A stretch of DNA of 64,000 bases from Haliotis rubra (lineage: Eukaryota), in the NCBI RefSeq assembly GCF_003918875.1, contig NW_025767548.1, positions 310,001 through 374,000 on the forward strand, in the 5' to 3' direction. Position numbers and translations under genes: made by a program. Under the pieces are notes generated by a model. The model was not told the DNA's origin. It searched no databases and saw nothing but the letters and a program-made list of their open reading frames with translations. Positions 13,019 to 27,295 of this stretch are shown here, one piece after another (the first letter of the stretch is position 1; the number at the start of each line of letters is the position of its first letter).

Positions 13019-13341
13019 ACCGCCTCCGTGGTGTAGTGGTTAGAGCGTCCGCCCGGAGAGCGGAGGGTCGCGGTTTCGATCCCCGACCGCGTACTTGTTG
13101 GTCCCTGCCTGACGCTCGGCATTAATGGGTACAACAAGAACTGGTCGGCTCGGAGTCAGTATGTGTCTGAGTGGGGTATTCATGCTTCACTGCGGCATGG
13201 TATCTCAGTGGGCTAACACTATAGAACCAGCTTCAGTCTGGGCTAGTACAAGCAGCCGCACATACACATACACACGCATGCACGTCGTCATATGAGCGAA
13301 ATATTCTCAAGCACGACGATAAACCCAATTTCACCTCACCT
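13019..13341 (+). mobile_element. tRNA-derived SINE (RUDI-like core)
   Basis: A/B box head GTGGTGTAGTGG..GGTTTCGATCCC; TSD CACTTTATCTGCG at 13004 and 13342. Second copy on the minus strand at about 20120-20475. Confidence 0.8.
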
Positions 13342-14477
13342 CACTTTATCTGCGAAACAGCTGTGAGTAGTTAGTCCATAATGTCAATAAAGACGACAAT
13401 CTACAACCAGCATGAACACCTTTGTGACATACCTTATTTTACAGCAGTCGTCTTCAGCAAGTAAATTCAACATGCATTCTTCTATGTAAACCCGTTGCAC
13501 TGACGTGCTGCGTCACGTGTGAGATAACCACAGTGACTTTGCAGTTTGTATCTTTCCTTCCTCAGTGTCTATTCAGTGAAGTATTTATAGTTCCAAGTCA
13601 TGTTTAACGGTAAAACAAATGTTAGTCGCACACTAGACTAACAACTAGTCTCTGAAATGAACATATTTTACAGATAAAACAGTTCAGGATAAAAAAAACA
13701 TAAATAAATAAAATATAATGAACAGGAGCCCTGAGGCTTTCTTATTCAGAAACTGTGGAAACAGAAACTAGACTTGCCACATGTTCTAGACTTGCATGGG
13801 CTTTCTTCGATATACTTGTTTCATGGTCTGTTTGACAGACTAGTCGTAGGCCTACAGAAACTCAAACTCAGACTACATGCACAGAGTAAGACTAACGCTT
13901 AGTCTCCGAATATATATAATTTTGATTGTCACAAATAATCCTATTTAAATTGAAAAGGAGCCCCAGTGAGATGGGAGATTCGGAACCTGTGGAAATCTAG
14001 ACTTACTTCATTTAGGGCGTTAGCACTGCAGGGAGGGCTAGGCAGTAGTGAAAATAATGTGGTTCAGGGACTGTGAGACAGACTAGCACAGTCAAAGTTA
14101 CATCAGTTAGTTTCGTGTATCGCATATTTACCGTATTTGTCCTAAGGGACGCTAGGGCATCTAATGACGTTTAAAGGAGGAAAACGTCGGTTAGAGGCAT
14201 TTGGCAACTCACTACCCTACCGAATCTCATATTTAACAATTCTTCAAAGGGTACATTTTCAGGAAACGGTCAATATATGCCGTACATTCATCAAATGTCG
14301 GACCCGCAATCAATTGTTTTACCAAGCTCGTGACCCGATGTCCGTGAGATGCCGGCATCTGTTGGGGCGATTATCATTTTTTATTCACACATTTTGATGA
14401 TTTGCGTTATTATGATGTTTGTGTGTCATTATGAAACACTTTGTACATGGGTCCATATTTGGAGATTTTGACACTTT

Positions 14478-14867
14478 TCATATTTTCAGCAGTTTGCCGA
14501 CTGCATCAAGATACTGCATGTGATTTTTCGTTCCATCTGCAAGTTGATCTTTGAGTCTATGTAGTCGATTGTCTGTTTCCCTATACACGCGTTTCCTCGA
14601 TCGAGGGGCGCCTCCCAGGTCGAGTTGGCACAGCTGGGTCTTCTCTGCCTTCTCTATTTTCCTGATGATTTCCATAAACCTGAAGATGTTTGGATGGCGA
14701 TGACTGAGTGTAGCATTCAATCTACTGTGAAACCTCTCAATGTTGTTAGTCCTGGGGCCGAATGTGTCATGATGGTTCCATATGGGTAAGCCGGGAAAGC
14801 GAGCGTCGTCGTCCACCCAGGTTGTAGTGATGTAGTCGTTGAATGTCTGTGAGCCGGGGATGATCAC
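14478..14867 (-). mobile_element. MULE-type transposase C-terminal fragment
   Basis: DYITTTWV..IWNHH..PRTNN(x)IERFHSRLN..HPNIFRFMEIIRK motif. Confidence 0.8.
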
Positions 14868-15399
14868 GAAGTTACCTACACAAAGTGTTTATTTTTTTAA
14901 AGCCATTTACCTGAGTAGGTTAATTACTTTATCTTTTAAGCTACCTCCACAAGATTCAGTTAAATAGCTAATCCCTAATTAGCTGGGGTTAATCCATTCT
15001 ATCAGATAGGGGAGTAAGGTGTGTTTTCTTTGCTACTTACCTTCTCCACTGTCTCACAACTGGGAGTTCTCGCAAATGGGAGTAGACCGGTATTGCTTAA
15101 CACCGCAAACGTAACTTTGCAGCTATTCAGTCAAGGCATATAAGAGGATATATATCGGCGTCCTATAGAGTATATACGGTATATTACGATGAGTCAACTA
15201 ATTTCAACAAACAAGCAGAGAATAGAAGCGATCGACAATTTAGGCATGACGTTCTTCCGGCAATGCCTACTACATGTATTTATAACCATTCAGTTTAGAT
15301 AGCCTGACCACATTTTGTTAGAACCCAGAGAACTAGAGCACCTGGTGACATTCGTGACCGACTGGCATTACTCCGTGACAAGCCGAATAGCGACCTTGC

Positions 15400-15597
15400 T
15401 AGTCTGTCTCACAGTCCCTGAACCACATTATTTTCCCCACTGCCAAGCCCTCTCTGCAGTGCTAAAGCCCTAAATAAAGCAAGTCTGGATTTCCTCAGGT
15501 TCTGAATTTCTGGTCTGCCTAGGGCTCCTTTTCAATATAAATGGGCTTGTTTGTTACTATCAGAAATATATATATTCAGAGACTAAGCCTTAGTCTA
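15400..15597 (-). mobile_element. Non-autonomous AcademH-like element (TAG..CTA, 9-bp TSD)
   Basis: Perfect TSD CGACCTTGC at 15391-15399 and 15598-15606. Confidence 0.75.
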
Positions 15598-17324
15598 CGA
15601 CCTTGCATCATTCCTGTTATCTCGTGTTATTTATGGTGGCTGAAAAGCGGGTAGTTATTCCGGGACACACCGAAAAGCGACCATCTGGCAGTTGTCGGAA
15701 AGGAGCGAGTGTTGACGAATGCACTCGGTGAATCATTCGTCACCACTCGCCCCTTTCCGTAACCTCATGCACTTTTGGATTTGTCCAGGAATAATGCGAG
15801 TTGCTCACGAATGTCGGTGAATAAACCATACATAACCACTTCCCTGTTTGAATCCGAGGCAAGCACTTGGTAAGGAAGACCTGTGGAGAAACATTGAGGA
15901 TCGTTCAAGTGTAGTGTCGCTAATCGGGGGATTGAATTCCCGTTTAGCTAAAATCAGGATGTTTGGATGGATAACATCACAGAGTTTCACCAATGTTGTC
16001 AGCTTACTCCTTCACTCTCCTATAGCGCCACAGGCTCGTGTTTGTGACTTCGGCGAGGTTGAATGTTGATCACCAGTTCGACCGTATTATCCCCTTTAGT
16101 TGGCCAGTTCAATACCTATGTCCGCCGTTGTCCACACAGTGCTCAAGACCTACCCATTTCCTAGGTTTCCTCTATCATACAAATACAGACCACTGTAACA
16201 TGACGAAATATTGTGTAAAACAGGTTAAATTCAACTCTCCAGGATGTCTTGTTCGTGAACATCATTTTCAGCAACATGGCAGTTCACTGTCAGTGTAACT
16301 AATAATGGCTGATGCTTTCTTCATTATTGTCACTATCTCATTGATTTTAACAATGTAGGGCAATATTTGAAGTGAGAAAATCGGCACAATCGAAATAATC
16401 GACCACATTTAACTTCATACAGCAGACCATCAACAGTCATATCACATCTTTCGCGGTTGTTTTACTATGTTGCTTGTCTCGGAATAATTAACTTTGAAGT
16501 ATAAACCTACCATCTCTGTCTCAGACAGATTTGGGTTCTCAAATGTGGTGATACCTGTTAATTAGACAGTTATTGAATACCTTCATTACACACTATTTCG
16601 GTTTCACAAATTGCACAACTTTTTGATGTTGTCTTTTTGTTAGAGTCGCTCTCAGCAATATTCCAGCTGTATGACGGCAGTCTGTGAATAATCCGGTCTG
16701 GACCATGCAATCCGGTAATTGATGCTACGGGCAAACAACCCACGCCATCGGGTACCATGTCACCGAGCTTGAACTTCCGATTTCATGTAGTTGAAATTCA
16801 AGCCTAGCTTGCTGTTTACCTATTCTTACGAATGGGGTCATTTCCTGTCAATACTGTAATTAAACCTGTGATATATTGATGATGTTGTCGAGATCGATGG
16901 GATGACAGGACTATCGAACTACATCATCCCTATCCTGGCACCTTCGGGTAAAAATACAGAACAATCATTAACAAAGATGTATTTATTGTAAGAATAAAAA
17001 CGCTATAACTCAGTCACAAGCATGGCGGAATGTGTAGTGTGAGCACTCCAACTTTACGTATTATTTATATATCTTTTTCACTTATATTCCTCGCTGATAC
17101 ATGAGCATACACATATACATTGAGTAAACAACATAAAGAAGGCAGGACTGGAAGTTGTTTTAGCTGAAACATACTTAAACAATAAATAAAAAATCTAAAA
17201 ATATTTCTTTTTTTTTCTCTTTCTGAACTGTCGTATTTATTTCTATATATTTATTCATTCATGGACTCCCTTTTGAATCATAAATACTCACATTTGGACT
17301 TACAGGTCCTCATAATGTGATAGC

Positions 17325-17408
17325 AAGACTTGCCATTACACTACAAGACTTGCCATTACACTGCAAGACTTGCCATTACACTACAAGACTTGCCATTACA
17401 CTACAAGG
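17325..17408. repeat. 21-bp tandem repeat CAAGACTTGCCATTACACTRC, about 4 copies
   Basis: Seen directly. Confidence 0.9.
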
Positions 17409-18162
17409 CATAGCCTACTGTCATCGCCAAATTATTATGCTTCAAACTATTACCTCACAAATATCTCATGTCATTAAAAAATTACAAAAATATAATTTTA
17501 TCATCATGAGATTTATTTAGTAATAATGACCTATGGAATGTAACATTTTCAGCATGATAGGATCAAAACGAATATCAAGAAAACCATCTCACCCATTATC
17601 AAAAAAGACACAAATGTGCATTTCGCACTTTTAGAGTGAACATATCAGGTTTTGTGACGTCATCACGCTGAACAAACGTTGGTTGCAAGACTTCCACTGA
17701 GTTTCAAGTTGATAGCTTATGCTTGACTAGATACTTCAGCAATATCAATACAGTTCAGAACAGTGAGGTAAAACAACATGGAGTCTCTAGTGTGATCTAT
17801 GAGATGTATATTTCAAGGGGTTTTATGTAGAATTTCCAAGCAGAGAAAACAGTACCTGTACATTTTGCCTCAAACTGTCGGACAAGAGATCGAACTTGTA
17901 TCTTTGAAAATGGCATTTGCCCAAACAAATGACAAATGTTATCAAACCGTTACTGCGTTGAAGACAGTCACCGGAACAGTGAAACTGGGGTTGAAAATTT
18001 AAATATCCGTATGAAATATCCTTGAAATAAACGTTTAATGTGTTCTATTTTCAGAGACCATCAAACCCGTGTATGCTTTCTCTAGTCCGACAGATTATTT
18101 TAGAATTTCCAGATATTGGATTGAGGCTGTTGAAATGGTAGATGTGCAGGAATGTAGACACA

Positions 18163-21100
18163 TTACGCGTACGTTTTGGTGTAGTTGAAAAAATATATCT
18201 GCTCGAATGTGCCGTCATCTTGGTAGTTCAAGCGGAAGTTCTCGATGACGGCGTCTGCAGCAGCCTGAACACTGGGGAACTTGTGTCCACTTAGACGAGC
18301 TGAAACAAACAACAGCATCATCAACCTGGGCTGTTTAGTTTTACAGTTATTCTGCATCTACAAATGATATACTGGTCACTGGCACCCGGCCTACGTGCAC
18401 AAAGCAATGTTAGTGCTAAGACCGCCTATGTTATGTTAGAGTATGGGAGTTCCGATCAAAGTAGCGTTAAGTTTGCTTTGTGCAAGTGAGCCCAGGGCGC
18501 CGTTCTACAAAACATCGTTTGCGCTAAGACTGCCAGAAATCTGGGGCTTACAATCACCCTAGCGCTAACATCGCTTTGTACAACGGCAGCCAGGTCACTC
18601 ATGGAACCGGTTATCACCTCTAGCCTTCAATGTACAGCTTAACCAGCACTCCCCTTAACGTACTTGATATAAGATGACACGTCTCATGCAACCTAGCCCC
18701 CATTGCTGACCTGAATAGTTCAGAATATCACTGCCCTCTTGAAAGCACCCGGTGTCATATACCGCCATGCCCATGGACACCACTTAACTATGTGGCTCCT
18801 GACATGATAACCCTGGAATATTGCTAATAAAACAAATCACTCACATAATTACAGGTAAATAAATGATTACCTTCGTTGATGAAGAAGGAGGAGAAAAAAT
18901 GTGAGATATAAACGCCATTGCTGGAATGGTCCAGCTCGTGGTTTGGGTTCCAGTCGAAGTTGATCTTCTCAGGGTGCCACTGGGTGCCATAGAACGGGTA
19001 CTTGAAGGCTGAAGCGAAGGCAATGATACTATACCAGTTATATTCGTCACTTCCATGCAGACCACGGCACGATACGATACCTCTGAATGTCTGTGGACAT
19101 CTCCACAGATGATTGTGTCTGGTGATCTTCATGATAAGGCACCCAGCGTGAAGGCTTGCTTATTTTCAGCACGAGAGCGCAAAGCATCCATAAAATCATA
19201 TCTGATTTCAGTATCCTGGACCTAACTATAACGCCACATAAAGACCTCCACGTTGTACTACTGTGGACGTCGATACACCCTGTCGTTCCCGGGCTCTACG
19301 TCATCTACATCCACAAGTCAATACCATTGAAGGCACACCAGTGTCACTTAAATCGAAATTTACGAAAGTATGAATGACGCCGAATAGTTTAAGAAAGTTT
19401 AAACCTGATTGGCTCAAGAACCTATTAAGCCTTCGTACAGAGTGGGCCTGTGAAGCTTTTCTGTGAAGCTGTACACAAACCTTAACGCAGCTAAGTGTCC
19501 TATCAGAATAGATCTGATTTTACTGATATTGCGTTACAGCAGTGTATGAAGTAAGACATCAGGGCTGGTAACTTCAAAATGTTACCTGCCCAAAATAGAT
19601 TTAACCAGACCAGACAATCCAAAGTAAATGCCTCAAGTTTTAGTTCAAATAAATAATTTAATGAACCTGAGACATGTATTTACTGTCTAACAATCTATTC
19701 ACAACAGTCATTTTCGGAGAAATCCGACTCTAACCCGACAGTAATTGTAACTATTGTCAAGTTTAAATGTAACGCCCAATTTGAAATATAGATTTTAAGA
19801 TATCGTGAATTTACTCAGATGTATGGAACATGCTATCTTATTTTTTTACCAGACCATCGGGTTGACAAGCTGTAACTTTTGACCGTCCGTCAGAAATCAA
19901 GCCAGTCTCGGGGGGTCGGACGGGCCTTATTTCATACACTGGTAACAGTATTCTGTATACCTTCTATAGTGGACACAAACACCTTCCCCTTCCGCCCTCT
20001 GTTGGTGGAGATGAGTCTGTAGAAGGAGTTGAGTGACTTGGTTTGGTTGAACGTCTGGACAGATAAAACACACACTATAGGAGCATGGCGCGGCCAAAGA
20101 GGTTATGTCATCTTATATTGAGATGAGGTGAAGTGAAATTGGGTTTTACGTCGTGCTTGAGAATATTTCGCTCATATGACGACGTGCATGCGTGTGTATG
20201 TGTATGTGCGGCTGCTTGTACTAGCCCAGACTTAACCTGGTTTTATAGTGCTAGCCCACTGAGATACCATGCCGCAGTGAAGCAGGAATATCCCACTCAG
20301 ACACATTATACTGACTCCGAGCCAACCAGTCCTTATTGTACCCATTAATGCCGAGCGCCAGACAGGGACCGACAAGTACCAAATTTTAACGTATTTTGGT
20401 ATGACGCGGTCGGGGGTCGAACCCGCGACCTTCCACTCTCCGGGCGGACGCTCTAACCACTACACCACGGAGGCAGTCCATGTTACAGTGGATGAGTATG
20501 GTTTTACTGTCATGATAAACGGCAGAACGACCGTAATACATAGAGCGCACAAGGGCATGGCATTGCTGAACGTTGATGTATTGCTATGTTATATGGGAGA
20601 ATGTTGGCTTTATACACACAATTCCTGTCCCACCCCGAGGCGGTGGGGTAGCCCAATGGTTAAAGCATCCGCCCGTCAAGTTGAAGACACGGGTTCGATT
20701 CCCAACAAGTACCATGTGTGAAGTCTCTTTATGGTGATATTGCCGATATATTGCTGAAAGCGGCGTAAAACCATACTCACTCACCCTTTTTAAGACACCA
20801 CGCGAAGGAACAGTATTTCCCAAAGGTGACCATGTTCCGAAATAAACGTGTGATCCGAAGACCGACATGAGTTACGTTTGAATTGGACGTTTCATTTGGC
20901 ACTTGAGTGCCCGTTGGAACACTTCCCCAACCTTTCACTACAAGTCCCCATCCGTCATTATATTCGGACCCTTCAGTACCCGATTCCCAGCCTCCATTCT
21001 CACCTCCAGCAACAGACCGTAGTGGTGGAAGTTGGGGGTGACGTTCTCTGTGGTCAGTATGTGAAGAGTCTTCTGTGACAGTCGACCCAGCAGTCTGCTG

Positions 21101-24100
21101 GACTTGGCATCTGGGGGACAGCATTGACCAGAGCATGACTTACACGGAACACGTGTTAATCTTAATATCACAGCATTGACCAGAGCATGACTTACACAGT
21201 ACACGTGTTAATCTTAATATCACAGCATTGACCAGAGCATGACTTACACGCAACACGTGTTAATCTTAACATCACAGCATTGACCAGAGCATGTCTTACT
21301 CAGAACACGTGTTAATCTTAATATCACAGCATTGATCAGAGCATGTCTTACACAGTACACGTGTTAATCTTAACATCACAGCGGTGACCAGGGCCTCCTT
21401 TCACAAAACACTAAGGTGATCGTAAGTCACTAAGGTAACCTTAGTGCAATGTTAAAGAATGGGAGTGAAGGTTAACCTTAGTAAAGGTTGCTTCGTGAAA
21501 GGAGCCCCTGAACAACAACACAAAAGTGACCAGTGAATGCATTATACACTAAACGTGTTAATCTTAACATCATAACATGACTCTACAAGAGATAACCTAC
21601 GCACCACTGCATCGACCACAACATGACCTTTCCAATGTACGTCCTAACAAAACTTTTAATTCTAAATATATTTGCTTGTTTCTATCCAAATCAGAATACG
21701 CTTTATACAGAGTGCCTCTACTTCACTTAACGACACAGCACTGCCTATAGAGCATCACTAACGCACTCAGCGAAAACAAAAATGGCGATGGCCCGCGATC
21801 TTTTTGCTAACAAGGAAGACCGACATAGATTTATTAACAGAAATAACCTACATGTAATTGAAGCGAAAATTACAACTTTCTAATGGTAGGACGTCATTAT
21901 AAAGCACAACAATTGGCACAGAGGAGACAAGTCAAGTATTTGCAGCACAAGGCCGGTCACGCAGATGGTTAAGCTGGACAAGGATGTCAGCTCCCTAATC
22001 ATTGTATTTGATGAAATTGTCAATATTTCTGTGACGCCATCTGAGCAACAGCGTCCGGTCCTAGACACCTGTTGTGCACACCATTGTCTTACCTGGAGCT
22101 AGGTCGAGAGGCAGACTGATATCCGAGGCATCCACGGGCTGGAGGAGGTTGTGTCTGGCCGTCAGGTTGGTGAGGAGTTGGAAGCCCTGACAGGTGCCCC
22201 ACAGGGGGAAGTGATCCCCGGCGTCGTTAGCCTGGTGGACCCAGGAAAGACAACACGATGAAACAACTACACGGCACGTAGCGTGTGTCCTGATTTATTC
22301 GCGATTCGATTAAACAGCTTCAGAGAATTTTAATGGCTTTTTGTATACTACAGGTACATGATAGGTATGGCTCCAAGTCATACTGTGTACACGTGCGTGC
22401 GTGCGTGCGCGTGTGTTCAAGGATATGTAGCAGGTGTGTGTACAGCGTAGAAATACAGTACAGAACGGTTATAACTAACTCAGAGGACCACGAATGTTAG
22501 TTCGTTATAACCTGGCTCCTTATAGGCGCGTTCGTTACTAACGTATACAGTGATATTTGTCTGATATGGCTGCACAGGACACAGGTATTACGGTACTCGC
22601 ACCTTCACCGCCATGTCGTAGATGATCCTTGCCGCCTTGGCGTAGTCGCTGCTAACAATGCCGACACTTCCCCCGGGGAACAGCACTCTGTGGGACACAA
22701 GCACGTGCTTTTTACGGTCAACACACTAAAAGTGTAAATCACCATATTTCAAAGTTATCTTATAAAGAATGTGAAACAACAATAACAAAAGCGACCTTAC
22801 CCATTGATCTGCGAGAAGAGCTTGGCGTAGTAGGAGCTTGGTTGCCGCACTCTGAAATGTATGATGACAGACATCAACGCCATTTCTCAAAGTTCAATCA
22901 TCGTTCACCTTAATCCTATAGTTTTCTGTTTATCCCAGACAATACAATCACAAGATGGGCCTTCTCAGCCTTGTGCTTTTGTAATTCCATCAAGAGACTA
23001 CTGACTGGCACTACCTTGGCCCCGCCTACCTAAAGTATTAGATAACTGATCTCACCTGACTGGCACTACCCTGGCCCCGCCTACCTGAAGTATTAGATAT
23101 CTGATCTCACCTGACTGACACTACCTTGGCCCCGCCTACCTGAAGTATTAGATATCTGATCTCACCTGACTGGCACTACCCTGGCCCCGCCTACCTGAAG
23201 TATTAGATATCTGATCTCACCTGACTGACACTACCTTGGATCTCACCCGCCTACCTGAAGTATTAGATATCTGATCTCACCTGACTGGCACTACCCTGGG
23301 CCCCTGCCTACCCGAAGTATTAGATATTTGATCTCACTGGCACTACCCTGAAGTATTAGATATCTGATCTCACCTGACTGGCACTACCCTGGCCCCGCCT
23401 ACCTGAAGTATTAGATAACTGATCTCACCTGACTGGCACTACCTTGGCCCAGCCTACCTATAGTATTAGATATCTGATCTCACCTGACTGACACTACCTT
23501 GGCCCCGCCTACCTCAAGTATTAGATATTTGATCTCACCTGACTGGCACTACCTTGGCCCCGCCTACCCGAAGTATTAGATTTCTGATCTCACCTGACTG
23601 GCACTACCCTGGCCCCGCCTACCTGAAGTATTAGATATTTGATCTCACCTAACTGGCACTACCCTGGCCCCGCCTACCTGAAGTATTAGATATCTGATCT
23701 CACCTGACTGGCACCCAGGCCCCGCCTACCTGAAGTATTAGATAACTGATCTCACCTGACTGGCACTACCTTGGCCCCGCCTACCTATAGTATTAGATAT
23801 CTGATCTCACCTGACTGGCACTACCCTGGCCCCGCCTACCTGAAGTATTAGATATCTGATCTCACCTGACTGACACTACCTTGGCCCCGCCTACCTGAAG
23901 TATTAGATATCTCATCTTACCTGACTGGCACTACTCTTGCCCCCGCCTGCTCCAAAAACTTTACATAGTTAGCCGGGATGTAGGTGTCGCCATGTGTCTT
24001 GCTCCCTGTGGCCTGGGCGAGGACACCTGTTAGGGGAAATGACTCATGTGTATTAGAAAACCATAGATAGTATCATCCATGCGTCACTTCAGAATGAAAT

Positions 24101-26737
24101 GTGTTCTGAGATTACGTGAAGAATGAGTGAGTTCGGTTTTACGCCCCTTTTAGCAATATTCCAGCAATATCACGGCGGGGGACACAAGAAATGGGTTAAC
24201 ACATTGTGCCCATATGGGGGAATCGAACCCGGGAGTTTGGCGTGACGAGCGAACGTTTTAACCACAAGGCTACCCCACCGCCCCTGTGAAGACTTGAGAA
24301 AGGCGCCCAATGTCCGACATCTTGCACAATACAGGAAGATACTCGGCCAATACTGCAACAATTTGATCTCTTTGAGTTTCCTTTGTTGGTTTCGTTTTTG
24401 TCAAACGCCATATTCAAACGTAAATAATCGAGACCACATATGGACACAATGTGGCAATCCTATTTGTTTGATAACTTAGCAAACAAATTGCGGAAGTATG
24501 TCTACAGACAATGAGATCATTATACTTCCTGCAAGTAGCTATAGCCTTGAGGAACGTTGTGTTCTATGCATGACACTTGATCACAAGTACTTGGTCGAGT
24601 TTTCCTTCCCTCGAGCCATGCAATACATCCGCATGGACAAACATGACATCTGGAGAGAAGACGCGCGATTGTTCCCTACGCTGTTGTAGAAAATAACGTC
24701 ACGACCAAATATACATCGCGATATCTCCCTCTCCTTTACTATCTCTGTCTACCTATCTCTGTCTGACTATCTTTCTACATATCTCTGTCTATCTATCTAC
24801 CTTTCTCTATCTTTCAACCTATCTCTATGTGTCTACCTATATCTGTCAATCTCAATCTATCCATCTCTATCTCTATATGTATCTCTATCTATCTGTCTGT
24901 CTCAGTTTGTGTACCAACACGTGTGTAACCCTACAATATTATATAGGTAGGGTATAAATATTCCAGACAGCCATGTAACCAAACACCAGGACCAGATCTA
25001 CACCGATGTACTTCTACTTACAGTGAATCAGTACACCAATAACAGCCTTGAAAGCAGATAGCTCTTTAGCATATCAGACATACGTGATTCCTCTCTAACA
25101 GCTCTGCGTGTGACATAATGATATACCTGAAGGTCGTACAAATGTAGGCTAAGAGTTGAAACTGAAACAGAAACAGATACTAGGCATGTCCGATACACTG
25201 AAGCCATACACCGAATCAACTCAGCGTTAATTGGGTGATTCTTGTATAGATTTGTACGTTTCCAAAGCAGTCAAGACCAGCCATGTCTAAGACCTTATCA
25301 CACATAATGAGGCTGGTTTCATACCCCTTTTGTATCTGGTCCAGTGGATGATTCCCTTTCGCATTACATATTTTGTATTTTATGTTTCAGAGGGTTGGTG
25401 TTATTACCAGTCCTACTGTCACTGAAGCGCGTAATCTGGGTGATAGGAGGGCACAACATACGTCCCGTGAAGATCAGGATTTGAACTGATCTTCGTTATA
25501 CCCATGCCTGTCGTAAGAGGAGACTAACGGGATCGGGTGGTTGACACATGTCATCGTATCCCAATTGCGTAGATTGATGATCATGCTGTTGATCACTGGA
25601 TTGCCTGGTCCAGACTCGATTATTTACAGACCGCTGCCATATATAGCTGGAATATTGCTTAGGACGGCGGTAAACAACAACGAAGCACAGATTTGGTTGT
25701 ATATTCCCCAAGGAGTTGAGAAAGGACACAGACCAGTTGTCGGATCAAGATTATGTAGCATCGCCACTGAGCAAACACTTATTAGATATCAGGCGTTATC
25801 CGTTGAAGAGGGAATTGTGATGATATCATAGCATACTAATTCTTATAAACATTTTAGTCGTTCATTCATATGAGCTTAGGTATGGCACTACTCAATACTG
25901 TGTTGTTTAACACCGCAATATTCCATCCACAAAACACCAGTCCGTTTATTATCGAGTCTACGCCTGACAATCCAGTTATTGGCATCGTCGACCGACGCTC
26001 TTTATGATACGATAACATGTCATCAACTAAACCATCTGTCGCGATAACAGACATACATACAGACAGACAGACAATACTTTATTTCCTTAAAACGAATTCG
26101 TTTTGGATCACAGAGCTTGACAGAAATGCAAATGAATAACAACATAAAATATTAAATTATCTAAAACATAAAAGAGATAAATGTGTGCTTAAATATACTA
26201 GTAATTAAATGAATAAGATGATAACTGGACATTCAACATTTGTTTAAAATTGTAATACTTTGAGGTACAAAGGACGTTCGAGCTCGTTTTGTCCCGCCCA
26301 CGACAGGGTAGGTTGCTGGGAACCTATATTGCAGCCCGGAATCTCCACGGGTCTGGGTACAATGCGTTAGGCCCATTTCTGGGGTCCCCCGCCGTGTAAT
26401 TGCTGGAATATTGCTAAGAGCGGCGTAAAACCATACTCACTCACTCCACGGATCTGATCTCTAGATTTAGCCTGACAACAATATACGGGCAGATGGTATA
26501 TGTGAGGCGGACCGCGACGAAGAGACCTTACTGCGCTCTGTTAAACAGGTCCCCGTTTCCCAGAGCGAGTGCAGAGTCGCTCTCAGATTGTTGATGTAGG
26601 AGAATTTTTACCCGTTCAGTGATGGACCCTTTCTTACGTACTGACTTACCTATCACTGGTCTGTTGTTGTAGGTGACGTACCGTGCTGTTACCGCCGTCA
26701 CCAATACGCATAGCTGCACCAACACACACACCGCCAT
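18163..26737 (-). CDS. GGH: Gamma-glutamyl hydrolase paralogue B, 9 exons, complete
   Basis: Exons 26737-26650, 24026-23921, 22851-22801, 22687-22603, 22231-22093, 21110-21004, 20054-19961, 19008-18871, 18299-18163. Phases are consistent. Motifs [63 protein letters not shown] give the Cys-His-Glu triad. Confidence 0.95.
21115..21390. repeat. 52-bp minisatellite abutting the GGH-B exon 6 acceptor (about 5 units)
   Basis: Homologous to 42760-44177. Confidence 0.9.
21390..21509. mobile_element. Palindromic MITE with GGG..CCC ends (PIF/Harbinger-like)
   Basis: Near-identical copy at 11935-12052. Related palindromic elements at about 18384-18592, 33483-33588 and 34355-34463. Confidence 0.7.
23001..23920 (-). 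repeat. 55-bp minisatellite derived from GGH-B exon 2 end and donor (about 17 units)
   Basis: Unit on the gene strand: GTGAGATCAGATATCTAATACTTCAGGTAGGCGGGGCCAGGGTAGTGCCAGTCAG. Confidence 0.95.
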
Positions 26738-27139
26738 ATCGTCCACGACGAAGAAGGAAGTATTTTACAGTGGAAGCGCTCCTTGCTGGCTATATTTAGT
26801 AACAGGGAATCCCGCTCATTTGGCAACGCGTGACAGGAAGATCCGATCCACTCACACGAGGCAGCTTCGGCTTTGTCAAACAATATCTGTTCGCGAAATT
26901 ACGAGGAAATGGGTTTTATCGTACAGGAAAGGATCATACTGCTCAGAGGCACGTGCCAGACAAAAGACCCAGTGACCAGACACACATATCACTGTCATTG
27001 GTTGACTCAGTTCAGCGACACCTGTGTTGCAGCGAGACTGTCCTTTGACGCACGCTCAGTGGTTTGAAATGAAAAATAAATGTCATCATAGTATATACTG
27101 TCACTGATGAGTACGGAAGCGCTGAAGGGACCTGATGAA

Positions 27140-27295
27140 ATATAATTTATATTGAGCGCACAAGTTAGTATGTTGAGCGCACAAGTTCGTATGTTGAGCG
27201 CACAAGTTAACATCTTGAGCGCACAAGTTAGTATGTTGTGCGCACAAGTTAATATCTTGAGCGCACAAGTTAGTATCTTGAGCGCTCAACTTCGT
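27140..27295. repeat. 22-bp tandem repeat TTGAGCGCACAAGTTAGTATS(T)
   Basis: About 6-7 units, probably within a MITE. Confidence 0.85.

Noticed and set aside
13019-13092. tRNA gene
   Set aside because: tRNA-like head continues into a SINE body with a tail and TSD; no complete cloverleaf. The same applies to the family 1 heads.
13888-15597. Composite transposon: ~200-bp inverted repeats flanking the MULE fragment
   Set aside because: Each repeat has its own 9-bp TSD (perfect for the right copy, partial for the left) and solo copies occur elsewhere, so they are independent insertions.
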